This document shows, one piece after another, positions 14,400 through 28,671 of a stretch of 64,000 nucleotides of DNA. A program made the translations under genes and the position numbers. Source of the DNA: the human T2T-CHM13v2.0 reference genome, Homo sapiens; the NCBI RefSeq assembly GCF_009914755.1, contig NC_060930.1; one strand, written 5' to 3'. Numbering within the stretch: position 1 is the first letter of the stretch; each line of letters opens with the position of its first letter. The notes beneath the pieces were generated by a model, which worked only from the letters and a program-made list of their open reading frames with translations, was not told the origin of the DNA and did no database searches.

Positions 14400-14665
14400 T
14401 GTTAAAAGGTAAGCTCAGGCATAATAACATTTTAAAGAGTTTATTTGAGCAAACAGCCATTCATGAGTTGGGCAGCACCGAACTGAAGGTAGTTTTGGGC
14501 TCTGCTAAGGAAACTCGAGGGGAAGTTATTTGGAGGGTGAATACAGAAATAAAGCAAAGAAAATAGTTGATTGGTTATACAGTTGTCTTATTTGGTCTAT
14601 CCTAATGGAAAGTTTCTAGTTATATAAGTTAGTTGGCAGCTTCTGATTGGTTGAGCTTAAGTTTG

Positions 14666-14717
<52 letters not shown>

Positions 14718-14858
14718 AATACAGGCATTTGCAGGAATTAGCCTACATTAACTTTCACTTATGTTTTCTAATTAAGCAAGGGCCAGGTTGCTTCCATGGC
14801 TTAACTGACTTCCTCTGCTCAGAGGATTCTTAAGCCTTTTCTTCATTTTATTTTAACA
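14400..14858 (-). mobile_element. ERV1 (MER4-group-like) 3' LTR
   Basis: TGTTAA...TTAACA terminal inverted ends; minus-strand AATAAA at 14440-14445; CCAAT boxes; preceded on the minus strand by polypurine tract AAAAGTGGGGA (14861-14871). Confidence 0.8.
14668..14715. repeat. (GT)24 microsatellite inside the LTR
   Basis: Seen directly. Confidence 0.95.
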
Positions 14859-15410
14859 AGTCCCCACTTTTGGTCATCCTCTCAGTTGAACTGTGAGTGT
14901 GGTTAACTATTTAGTGTTACTCCTCATTAACACGTGTTGTTTGTCTTTCTATGGGCATCTAAGGATGGCAAAGCAGTTTTAATCCTAGTTTTTTTTTAAA
15001 TGATGATTTGAGTTTATGTCATCTTTGTTGTTCAGTCTGCATGGAGAGCATCTTGTGAGTCAGTAGCTGATGACGAGTGTTAAAGATTCTTGAGAGAATA
15101 TGATAGACAAGAGATATTATCATTATGATTAACAAGAGGATAATACCAAAAGTTTGAAAAATACCCCAAAACAGAGATTCCCTGCAGTCAAGATTTAACC
15201 AATTAAATAAATCAGTGGAAGAAGTACTACCTATCTGATCAAAACTTTGCATCTGATCTTTAAGATCTTTTAAATTTTGGGTAGCAATTTCTGACTTCTC
15301 CTTTGTCTGTTAACTTCTGCTGGGCCCTGTATCTCAGATAAGTTGGAATCCTCAGTATGGATAGGTTGTCTCATTTTCCATTCAGAAGTGTGGTGAATGG
15401 TATCTAAAAC
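14859..15410 (-). mobile_element. ERV1 internal 3' segment
   Basis: Contiguous with the polypurine tract and LTR; carries an env-like frame. Confidence 0.65.
15019..15309 (-). pseudogene. ERV env TM-subunit C-terminal remnant
   Basis: Stop-free frame QTKEKSEIATQNLKDLKDQMQSFDQIG..DLFNWL..FWGIFQTFGIILLLIIMIISLVYHILSRIF: heptad, Trp-containing juxtamembrane region, hydrophobic anchor and tail, lying just upstream of the polypurine tract and LTR. Confidence 0.65.
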
Positions 15411-15411
15411 T

Positions 15412-17250
<1,839 letters not shown>

Positions 17251-17257
17251 CTAAATA

Positions 17258-17470
17258 CAGTAATAATAGCTAAAATTTACTGAGTATTTATCATAAGGTA
17301 GGCACCCTGTTGGCTTTTTATTTGCGTAAGCCATGTCTAATTCTCACAATGTTGTACCCATTTCACGCATAAAACTAAATGATTGGTCCACAGTCACATT
17401 GTTAATAATTAGCTAAGCTAAAATTAAAGCCCAGATCGCCTACATTTCAATGTCTACATTCTTTCAGTAC
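17258..17470 (-). mobile_element. MIR SINE
   Basis: taataatagctaaaatttactgagtatttat...ggtccacagtcaca. Confidence 0.6.
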
Positions 17471-17684
17471 CCTAGACAACCATTACCAATGTAGTACTGC
17501 CTTTGCCCACGGGCTTTATGAAGCATAGGCCCTATAGTGTTCCAGCAAGTGTTTCTGGGTGTCTGTCCTGGAAACTCTGCTCACCTTTGGTCACAAGATC
17601 ATGCTTCGTTACTTTTTTTTTTTTTTTAAATCATCTGTGATTCTTTCCCAGGAGTGGTCTTCTTGCTTTCAAATTTCTGAAAGG

Positions 17685-17832
17685 CTACTTCACAATTGAC
17701 AGTTTCTTAAGGGCAGGGCCTAGGTCTTTGTTCTCTATATTACTAGTATCAAGGAGAGTATCTAGCATATCCCAGGTATTCATCAGACACTTTTTGAATT
17801 TATGACTGAATTGACTAAATTGAATTAAATTG
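17685..17832 (+). mobile_element. L2 3' end
   Basis: agtttcttaagggcagggcctaggtctttgttc...tgaattgactaaattgaattaaattga. Confidence 0.6.
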
Positions 17833-17887
17833 AGACATGACTCATGGACACACAAGGTAACAGGATAAAGTGATTCAAAAAATACTG

Positions 17888-18085
17888 ATGCTAGTGTCAT
17901 GAAGATCTGTCTTCAATGCCAGCTTAATTACTACCTTGATCAAGTTCCTTTACCTTTCTGATTTTCGGTTATCACATTTATAATAAAAGGACTACAGTTC
18001 TTTCATAGGATGGTTGTGGAGATCAAATGAAAAGCAAGGAAAAAAATCCAGCATACTACCTGGCATTTTTATAGGTCCTCTGTAA
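17888..18085 (+). mobile_element. MIR SINE
   Basis: ccttgatcaagttcctttacctttctg...cataggatggttgtggagatcaaatga. Confidence 0.6.
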
Positions 18086-20149
18086 TGGCTCCTCTCCCAA
18101 GTAAACTATGTGCTACTCTCATGGATTACACTGTTAAAATCGTAGTGCTTTTTAGAGAATCAGTAAAGTCCAAAGTGTGGAAAAGACGAGAGCTGTATAA
18201 AGTAAGAATGGCCTGAGAGAACTGACCAAGAGCAGGCTCATTTTCTTTTCTGCTCGTTGGTTCCTTTTCTTTCATCACCAATCTTGATCCATCCCCTCCT
18301 CCCTTTTCCCAGTCCTTCCACCCAATCGCCTTTCTGGGGCATACAACCTCCTCCTTCTTGCTAATGCCAAAAGAATAAGTTTTGATATTTTCACCTCTTA
18401 CAGTCCATCTTAAATTGGTCTGCTCTTTCTTCTCTGTCCCATCAGGCTTGACTTAATTTCAGGCCCCATCGTCTCTCTTCTGGTCAACTGTAACGGCCTC
18501 CTGGTTCCTGCTTCTTTCTGGGCTTTCAAAACAAATCAAAACGAACAAAAACCAACCAACTTTCTCTCTTCAAAATGTTGTGATTATAGAGCATCTAAAT
18601 CTACTGGATTTAAATCTACTTGTATAGTACTGATTTCTAAAACTATCCCCATATATCAGAAGAATATTCTGGGAGGAAAAGTTTTTATTTTTCAATTTTA
18701 TTTTTGTCATAGAAAAAAAAATCTTTTTGGGCCATATGCCCTAATGTTAAATTCAGAACCCATGGTCACCATATCTGTGAGCTACCTTGTGCCCAAGAAA
18801 AAGGAAAGAAAGTCTCTTGCTCTTTCCTTTTCCTGTGCAAAATGAATTATCCCCATCCCAGTTCTCAGACTTCAGAGATCTCCATTCCAAGTCCCCAGCA
18901 GTCCACACTAGTACAGCTGAAGAATATATATCTTTTTTTTAACAGACGTTGGTGGACCAGCCTTAAAACCAACAATGATTTGTAACATTGATTCTTTGGG
19001 AAAGGGCATTCGGGATCCCACATCACCATCTAACAAATGAATTTTTGTAAGAAAACCCATTGGTAAGTTGGAGGCTATATTTACTGGGAATGCTAGAAGG
19101 GATAGAATTGTGTACTATCTGTTTAAATGATGAGTAGAATGGGAGTTATTCATATAAAGCAGCACTTTGGAATCACTTTCCTTGACTCTGTTTCAGCTGT
19201 CCGCCTAATAAGAAAATTCTGGAAATCTCTTTTTTTTTTGACACTTACTTTTTTTTTCCTTCACCAACACTCAGTAAGACTTCATTCTAGACCTGAGAAT
19301 ATGATTTGCTTCTCAGTAGGCTCTGGTGGTAACAAAACTTTACTCATTTCTCTGCTTTATTTGTTTAAGACACAGAGCAAACATGCAGTAAGTGATAGCT
19401 CTGTTCAAACGCCACTGTGTGAAACAAGTGAGCGAGTCTCATGACCCCCATCTCATCATGGTGAAGGGGAATGATGGCAAGAACAGCACAAGACTAAAAA
19501 CTACATGAAGGAATTTGTATCTCTTGAATTCCTTCAAAATATTTTAGAACAATTTATTCTGTTTTCTGGGGAAACCATGAATGTAGAAGCTCTTTCTTTT
19601 TGATTTTAATAAGAAGCAGAGGTTAATGTTGTGTATGATTAGGTACTGAGATTATTAAATTATATAAGATCTCTTTTGCTTTGTTGTTTGTTTTCATCTT
19701 TATTTTAAGATTACCTTAATGAATCATATTTTGCTGAGAAATTATTTGCAGTATTCACCAAATGGTTCCCATGAAGAAAATGATGATTTTCTTCACTACT
19801 GAAAATATCAAGAATATTATTGTTTTCTCTAGATGAGTGAAACTAGAGAATTCTTTCTCTGAGAGCATAATGCAAATAATGCCAACTGATTAAATCAAAG
19901 AGATGTTATAACTCCTTTGGGAAAACCATATTCTTTATTTTTGAAATATTCCCAAACAAAAATCTAGATCTCAAAGCTAGTCACACCATGATCCATCATA
20001 TCTTAGCTACTTGCAAGTCATCAGCAGTTTATCATGATTTACACTTAGTAACCATGTAAACATAAGTGACACTCCTAATTATCATGACTAATCTAGAATC
20101 ATCTGGCTTTTTTTTAAGTAAGAAAAATTAGGTTAATAAAACAGTGTGT

Positions 20150-20183
20150 CTCTTTTTCTCTCTCTCTCTCTCTCTATATATAT
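20150..20183. repeat. (CT)n(AT)n compound microsatellite
   Basis: Seen directly, adjacent to the Alu tail. Confidence 0.85.
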
Positions 20184-20417
<234 letters not shown>

Positions 20418-20526
20418 CAATAAATATATTTTATAGATGTTACTTTTCAGTTTGTTACAACAGCAAGTTCAGATAGAGTCCATTTTAAAAGATTTAAGAG
20501 TTTAAAATATTATACCCATTGTCCTA

Positions 20527-20851
20527 TTTTATTATATTATTTATTTATGTGTTTATATATTTATTTTTAGAGACAAGATCATGTTCTGTTGCTCAGGCTG
20601 GAGTGCAGTAACACAATCATAGCTCACTATAACCTCAAACTACTGGGATCAGGAGATCCCCCAACCTCAGCCTCCCGAGTAGCTTGGACTACAGGTGTGC
20701 ACTGGCTAATTTTTAATGTTTAAAAATTTGTTGTAGCAATAGTGTCTTGGTATGTTATCCAGGATAGTCTTGAACTCCTGGCCTCTAGGGGTCCATCTGC
20801 CTCGGCTTTCCAAAGCTTTCGGATTACAGATGTGAGCCACCGCGACTGGGC
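20527..20851 (-). mobile_element. AluJ, full length
   Basis: atcatagctcactataacctcaaact and gatccccc AluJ-type features; degenerate tail. Confidence 0.9.
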
Positions 20852-20949
20852 TTATTATCCTTTTTAAATAAACATTTTTGATGGTGAAAATACATGGAAC
20901 ATATGACCAAATTCAATAATTACAATGTATATAATGTTACTGAAGGATG

Positions 20950-21150
20950 GATATAACAGAAAGTTAAGACTTGAGGTCTGATATAAGACAGCCTGCCTGA
21001 GTTCAAGACCAAACTCTTCCTCAGATGGGCTGTGAGACAGTGATCAAGATACTGACCTCTTTTAAAATCTCTGCTTTTTCATCTGTAAAATGTAAATTAA
21101 AAATACCTTGTGCTATATGGTTGTTGGGACAATTAATATGCTAAAAGAGC
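20950..21150 (+). mobile_element. MIR SINE
   Basis: gcctgcctgagttcaag...ttttcatctgtaaaatg...ggttgttgggacaattaa. Confidence 0.65.
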
Positions 21151-22628
21151 ACATGAGAATACACACTGATATTGCCTTAAATTAATAACTTGCATTTTAG
21201 GTTGTTTTTGGTATTATAGTAATATTTGATAGTTTTTCCTAAAACAAAAAAATTAACATATTTTTATTTGTGGTTGAAGAAGTAATTTTAGCTCTTGACT
21301 CCAAGATGGTGATAATAGGATATTCTGCACTATGTTTTTTTACCTTTAGCAACTCAATTTTTAATAAACAATAAAACAAGCAAGTTATTCTAACATATGG
21401 TTAACTTTGCTAACGGTGTCCATAATTTGTTTCACTACTTATAAGGAAATAAGTACGGGAATTTATACCAAGGGACAGAAATAGAAAAAGAAAAGAAAAT
21501 TCTTGCACAGTATATTTCATCTGATCTGGCAAACTTAAACTTTTCAAATATGTTTATCTAGTAAAATCAGGTTTAATCCTTTAATTGTGTCCCAAATATG
21601 AGCCAATAGGTTTAATAGAACATTGTGAAAATGCACATTTTTCCATACCCTGATTTTCATCTGTTTTTTTATAGGAACAAATGGTCCAGTAACCACTCTT
21701 GAGGTTGGCTGTCCTCAAACTAACTCAGCGATGCAGTCTCACATTTCTGAGTTTAGCAATCTGGAGACATATGGGGAACGTGTGAGCTGGTCAGCAATCA
21801 GCAGTGCTTGATTCAGTTGCAGAATATCAATTAAGGGAGAGAATAAGCTAATGTTCCTTCCACCAGAGAAATGACTAGAATATTATGTCTCCCTTAGCCT
21901 ACTCAGTGACAGCTGACTTGTGCCCATAAACTTTGGTGCATGGACCTATTAGTTCAGCAACTTCAATAAGCTTTATTTTCAATAATGTACTCAAGCTGTG
22001 ACTTTACCATAATTTTCCCCACAGGTATTCGTATTTGGAGTGATCTACTGTGTGTAGTGATATTGGCACACTCTATAACACAATCTTGAAATCGCCATAC
22101 ACAATTTATTAAAAGCTGTGTGACTGTGCTCTAAAGATGATCCTACTGTTAAGTGACTTTGAGTGCTGAGCATTCTTCATTCATGACAGGAAAAAACACC
22201 TACGCTCTGAAATGTCTGGATTTTGTGTAAAAAGATAGAGAGAAAGAGATGGAAGAAAGAGAGAGAGAGAGCACACAGAGAGCTTTTCCCTGTTTACATT
22301 TTCATCTTGTGTCTACTGGATTGATCCTCTACTTGATGTCAGCTCACCAGGCTGACAGCAATTCTAGCAGAGAGACAAGGAGTTAGAGGGGCTTTGATTC
22401 ATCCCCTCCCCCTAACTCCCTGCCTGTCATTGTCTGCTCCTGAGTAAGCAAAGTGAATGTGGTCAGAGAGGTCTGGGGCTGCTGGAGCTATGTTTTCCAA
22501 TCTCAGGGGCAGCGACCTTCTCATCAACAAATCCATGCAAGCATTTGATGCATTATGCCGCTTTTTACTCACAAGTTTTGTTCTTCACTAGAGAAGCACT
22601 CAGCCCAAATAAGATAATTCACCATGGA

Positions 22629-22630
<2 letters not shown>

Positions 22631-22677
<47 letters not shown>
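22631..22677. repeat. (TG)23 microsatellite
   Basis: Seen directly. Confidence 0.95.
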
Positions 22678-22682
<5 letters not shown>

Positions 22683-23249
22683 GATTAAGTGATAGATTGA
22701 GAGTATAGAGGTTTTTTTAAGCCTTCATCTCTATTTTTGTAATGTTAATTTTCCCCTTCCCCCATAGTTCTCCCAAAAACTGCTCTGTGATGTGATCACA
22801 AATACTCATGTGCATAAATTCCCATTATCATAATAGGGGCACTGCAGTGAGGCTTCTCCTGAAAATAAATTACTCTGTAGAATATATTAGGAGGACTAAA
22901 CCCAAACAAGCTAAATTGTGTGTTCTCCCATCCTGTAAGTTAAGCATTTGAAGATACAAAATCAATTGCATTTTTCATTTTATGTTTATTTTCTTGTTTT
23001 CTTTGCTTCATATACGGTCTATCTATTCTCTCTCTCTTTCTCTTTCCCTCTCTCTTAAGACAGAAGACATTTCAATTATTACATTTTTTTCTTTCAAGTG
23101 CCTTTATCATTCTTTTTAGCTGCCCCTTCTTTTCAACACATTGTAGTCCATGTCAATAGTCTTGTTTGACTTCAAACACACGAATATGCATGTTTTCAAA
23201 GGAAAAGAGGTGCCCACTAGGCACATTTATCATGGGCAGGTCTAAGGGC

Positions 23250-23450
23250 ACAGAACAGGCTGAAAGTGTGGGGTCTATGTCCTGTTATTGCATAGGCTTG
23301 AGTTAGTCACCCACTTTGTATCCTCTCTCCCATTTCTAAAACTAAGGCAAGACCAGCCTTCCTACAAATTTTCCAAGGATGGTGTTAACACAGGTGAAAT
23401 AATCCATAGGAAAGCACTATAGGCTTTAGGATAACAAAGACTATTAAATT
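23250..23450 (+). mobile_element. MIR SINE (diverged)
   Basis: ggcttgagttagtcacccact...caaggatggtgtt...aataatccataggaaagcact. Confidence 0.45.
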
Positions 23451-25154
23451 CAAGATGATTCCAGTAAACTGTCTTCATTCTTGAATTTCTGGTAAATATT
23501 TGTTAGCAACTTTTGGGTATGCTTGTAGGTTAGTTAAAAAGTTAAAACTACTAAGGAAGTGATTACAATTAAGCTGTATTCAAAAAGGTCATCGTTTTCC
23601 AATGACTGAGTTACAGCAGCATTCTACCCTTAGGAATGAAAGTTACTGAGAAAATTGAAATCACCTTTAAAATGACCCAGAGGTAACAAGGCCTGTCTTG
23701 TTCCCCCGCTGTTGGTAACCACCATTGTCATTGATTCAAGGGTAGACAGTCAGCTAATTAAGAATTACCTTTGATGACATCTGGATTAATTAAAAAATGT
23801 ATAAAATCTTACTTGATGTGTTTTAGAAACTGAGCTTTGAGGGGTTTTATTTTAAATTTAATATGAGCTTGAGTTTGTGAGTCAAATGGATACATTAAAA
23901 TATCTTTAAGTTAAGGTCGAAACTTGTTTAAGATTATGCTTGGCATAAAAGACATAAGGCAGCCTTAGCCCCTTCATGAATATATCATACAAATGCTTTT
24001 CAAGATCCTATGCATCTTGTCTTCTCCGAGGCCAGCTCCACTCAGCTTTTTACTGATTTATAAAAGAGACCCTCAGATATAAAAGTTGGTATTGGACCAA
24101 ATAAAGAGGTTCATGAGAATTGTAGTCATTTTTCAGATGTGTATGTTACTTTTTAAAATGTATTTGCTCCATTGTTATCTATCAGGAATGGTAATTTTTT
24201 ACATCAATTCCAGCACTTATGTTGCTTATGCCATTTTCATGTCCTGGCTGGCTGGAAAGTGCCTGCATACTGGACTTTTCAGTGACATACAGATACAAAA
24301 GCAAATTCCCTCAAGTCAAGCGGAAAAGGATTTAAAACTCAGTGTGCATCCCTGTTGGAGCAAGAGAGCCTATTGCAAAAACAAAGAGTGAAGAGAAAAT
24401 TCTATCCTTGGAAGCTTCTCAACAACACAACCACAGCTTTTCATGTAATAGCTCCAATGTTCCCACTACAGCCATTAAAAAGGTAATGAAACAAATCACT
24501 TGCTATTCATCACAATTATGATAGATGGAATCCAACTGGACTAACTTGGGGGAAAAATCACATCTCAAAGTGGATCCATTTCAGAAAACAGCAAAGTGTG
24601 AGGAGTAGGGATAACACTTATTTCCCATAAACAATATAGTCAGGCATTTGATCTATCTAAACCAATAGATTACTGTCTTGATATATCTTTCCGCTGCAAT
24701 TTTGTCTTTTATTTTATTAGGACTAGTGAAGAATTTCTTGCTGCCTGTGTGAATGAGAGAACTAGTTTGGGACCACATAGAATGTAATAGTGAGATAAAT
24801 ATAGTAAACCAGTGTGAGTACCACTCATTCTTCACTCTGCAGGTAACTATTCTTGATTTCTTTGGTTTTCATTCTTCCATTGGGTTTCTATATTCCTACC
24901 ACTTTCAGAAATCTCCAGAAGTATTAATAGGGGTAACAGTTGTCACAGTATTCAAGTAATAATAAAGGAGACCTATATTGAAAGTAGATAATACACTGTA
25001 TTAAACAAGATATATGGCCAGTAGCTTTATGATACTCATCGGAAGTCAGTTCTATTTCAAAAATTATGCCCGTGGGTTTAAGCATCTCCCCATCTTCAGA
25101 GGGAAAAAAATTAGTGCAGAAGGTGCTGAACTTAAATTGATTTACGGGACAAAA

Positions 25155-25400
25155 TATAATAATAATTGTAGCTATCGCTTCCTAAATACCCGTTATGCAC
25201 CAGATAAGCACCCATGCATTATCTGAATCTTTACTGCACTCCTATAGTCGTAGTAGCTCTTTTGTAAACCTCCTTTCATAGGTGAGGAAACCGAAGTTCA
25301 CAAATGCAAAGAGATTTTCGAAACAGCGAATGTGCTAGTAAATTGCCAGAACTTGAATTAGAATACCGGAGTGTCTTTCTCAGGGTCCATGCCTTTAATT
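25155..25400 (-). mobile_element. MIR SINE
   Basis: tttcataggtgaggaaaccgaagttcaca...gctagtaaattgccagaacttgaatt. Confidence 0.7.
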
Positions 25401-27189
25401 AACCAAGGTTGCCCAAGTTGGATAATTCTTGCATCTTTAAGAATATACATGCACATCAGTTAGCCACCCAGCATTAATCGTAGTGGCAGTACTTATTTAA
25501 CACCATAGGCTTAAAATTAAATTCTATCCCTTTTGAAAGCAATGGGCACCAATCTATTCATCAACATAAATCATAACTGGCACTGACATCCTATGGGCAG
25601 GACCTAGTTATAAGGTTGGCAGGCAGATCATTCAGAATTATATATGTATTATCATTGAAATGGAAACATAAACTGGAAAAAAGTAATTGTAATAATATTC
25701 AACCTCTGAGAATATGATCTACATTTCTAGCTGGAGCAACTATTCTCTCTACCTTCCTGAACACAGGAGACCCTTAGAGCTGAGTGCTGTGGCTGCGTTT
25801 TGGAAAGTAGAAGGTGAAAATGTGCTGATTCTTCCGAACAGAGGCGTGTTGCTTTCCTAAGACACATATCTTGTATAAAAACATGTCATCACTGACTCCT
25901 AAGCTAAATAGCTGCCATCACAACTTTAGGGAAAGTGGATTTCTAGCCAGAGGGATATGAGTAGACACAAAAATCCAAGCCTGAAGGTATCTTTCCCTCT
26001 TTTTACTTCTCATTTAAGTAGCAGACATTCTGAAAAAGGCATGAATTTTAGGAAATGGCTTCACTGTTGCAGAAATAGCAGGAAAAAATTAAATAAATGC
26101 TTGAAATGCAAATGAATTTAAATTTCATTCATGGGCAACAAAAATCTAGTAGATGCATGTGAAAGGAGGGGAAAGTGTTTCATACAAACTTGGGTCAAAG
26201 AGATTATTTTGAAGTAACACATTGGTTTGACTGGAAAAGCGAGATGAGGCAAGGCACAAAGAGCCCTCACAGGAAAGGAACTATGGTGGTTCTATGTTCT
26301 CAAAAAAGGTGAGCACCTTGCCCTTTGCGGGTGCTAATAAATATTAATAAATGGGATAAGCAATGTGGTTTCAAGGGCCCAAATTAAGAAATAACTAATT
26401 TCTGAATAAGGATTTGGTGCTAGAAATTGCTTATACTTAGAACATTTTGGGTGCTCCAAAAATAATGATTAAATAATAACCAGAAGGGTGTATCTAATTA
26501 GCTTCCTCTCATGAGAAATGTTTTAAAAGCAGTTAAAGAAGGTTTTATGCTGGAAAATGAAGAACTTAAAAGAGTGATAATTATTCCCTAGAGAAGCCCA
26601 GGGGAATGTTAGGGCGATAAAGCTGAGGGTACACACAAACATTGAAATGAGGTTCTGTACCCCAACTTTTGAATGAGGGAAACCCTGCCTCTAATTTTTA
26701 AAAAGGTTCATCCCATTGCATAAACATCCAAGCAAGAAGAAAGAGAATTATTTCTCCTTGAAAGACCAAACTACTGAATCAAGGTCTCCACCCAAGTCTC
26801 TGCCCATCTTCATCACTCTCTTATTGCTTTTTCTAGCACATTTTGTTTTCTAATTCAAATCTAACTATAAAGACTGGAAAGGATTTACCAAGTTGAAGAT
26901 AGAAATGACAGATTGTACAGCAACTTGATCCAGAAAATGAAAGAGATAAACAGACATCAGAAACAAGTAAAAGACAACAAACAAACATGCTTCCCATAGT
27001 ACACAAGAGGACTAAACTGTTTTATAACTCATTCTGAAAATGGAATATGGAAGTCAGGCTAATTATTGAAGTCACTAATTTTCTAATACCTCAGTTCAGG
27101 TGGACATGCATAGGATAACAAAACAAAACAAAACAGCACAGTGGTTTACAGTTGTGGTAAATTACCAATGAGTTTCAAATTTCCTGAGC

Positions 27190-27400
27190 TCCCCAATTTG
27201 AGTTGAGAACTTCCTCTTTTGTGCCCAAATACATCTTTATGTTCTACTTTTATTATAGTACATTTTCCACATTGATTTGTTTATATTTTAGTTATGCCCA
27301 TTATACTGTAATCTTTCTGAGTGCACTGACCATATCTTATTCATGTTTAACCTATCCTGGGAAATAGCTGGCTCAATAATTGTTTGTTGAAATTAATTGA
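27190..27400 (+). mobile_element. L2 3' end
   Basis: ctgtaatctttctgagtgcactgaccatatcttattcat...gctcaataattgtttgttgaaatt. Confidence 0.65.
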
Positions 27401-27494
27401 ACCAAATTAAAATGATAGCACAGGTTTAAAATATTAACTAATCCCAATTGGTTACTCCATGTTACCCACAGGACTTAATTATGATTCTTATATA

Positions 27495-27664
27495 GCCTTG
27501 CTATTCAGAGTGGTCCACAGAACCAACAGCAATGGCATCATCTAGGAGCTTGTTAGAAACAGAGACTTGATTCTGAGACCCCATTCCAGACCTACTGAGT
27601 CAAAATCTGCATTTTAACAAGACCTCCAGGTGATTCATCTGCACATTTGAAGTCTGAGAAGTAT
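27495..27664. mobile_element. MER5A hAT-Charlie fossil
   Basis: ggcatcatctaggagcttgttagaaa...cagacctactgagtcaaaatctgcattttaacaagacctccaggtgattc. Confidence 0.85.
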
Positions 27665-28235
27665 ATTTATTGCATGTCTATCATGTCAAATAATGGTGCA
27701 AGGCAATATGAATATAATGAAAAACAAGATGTACAGTCCTTGATCTGTTACATCTTGCGTTTCTAGCAAAAAAAGATAAATGATAATATCTTTTTCATGA
27801 CGGATTATTTAATTAATATATGATTGCTCTGTTGGAGAAATATAGGAGCTACGGGAGACAGATCTAGCCTGGGGAACACGGGAAGGTTTTCACGAGAAAC
27901 TGATATTTGAAACTGAAAAATGAGTAAGAGTTAACTAGAGAAAAGCCCAATAAATGGAAGAAGGGCTTCTAGTAGAGGGGACTGCAGATATGAAGATTCT
28001 GAGTTGAAGTATGGCATATTGGAGGAACTTAGTAAATGTAACTGTAGGTCAAAGAGTGGGGCAGATAGTGGGGATATATCATTCAGGACATTGAAGATAA
28101 TGTTTGAAGATTTTGATTTTGATACTGAAAGCATTGAGAAGCTATTGAAAAGTGCTAACCATGGTAATATGATATAAATATATTTTAAGACAAATAACTG
28201 GCTACAGTACAGAAGATAGAAGAAACTTAAGGATA
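27665..28235 (-). mobile_element. L2 LINE (first part of an interrupted copy)
   Basis: Reverse L2 3' region tatttattgcatgtctatcatgtca...ggaaggttttcacgagaaactgatatttga. Confidence 0.7.
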
Positions 28236-28239
28236 AATG

Positions 28240-28344
28240 ATGCAACACTGTTCAGCTGGGCCGTTCTCTGATTCGCATGGTGGTAATTAGAGTAGCTGCG
28301 TCTGGAAGATCTCCTTCCAAGATATTACATATCTGCTGCCTTTG

Positions 28345-28393
<49 letters not shown>

Positions 28394-28670
28394 CATCCAT
28401 CCAGTCACCTATCAATCTTTTGATCTTTTCCTCTCCCCTAGAGGACATATTATATCTTTCAGTGCCTTTCCATATAGCTTGGGCTTCTAACAGGATGCTA
28501 GCCTTGAGGTTCTAAGAGTGAATGCTCCAAAAAACAATAAGTAAGTGCTTCCAGTTTTTAGAGACTTGAGTCTAGAAATTGCAAAACAGGAATTAAAGCA
28601 CTCAGAGAAGCCAGCCTAGATTCATGGGAAGAGGATTTAGACCACACACCTCTAAAGGAGAAGAAAATAA
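28240..28670 (-). mobile_element. old MLT1 (MaLR) LTR, split by an L1; its end resumes at ~30790-30826
   Basis: gcttgggcttctaacaggatg...gccagcctagattcatgggaagagg; terminal tttaatctaccata lies after the L1. Confidence 0.6.
28346..28403. repeat. (TATC)12(CATC)2 tetranucleotide STR
   Basis: Seen directly. Confidence 0.95.
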
Positions 28671-28671
28671 T

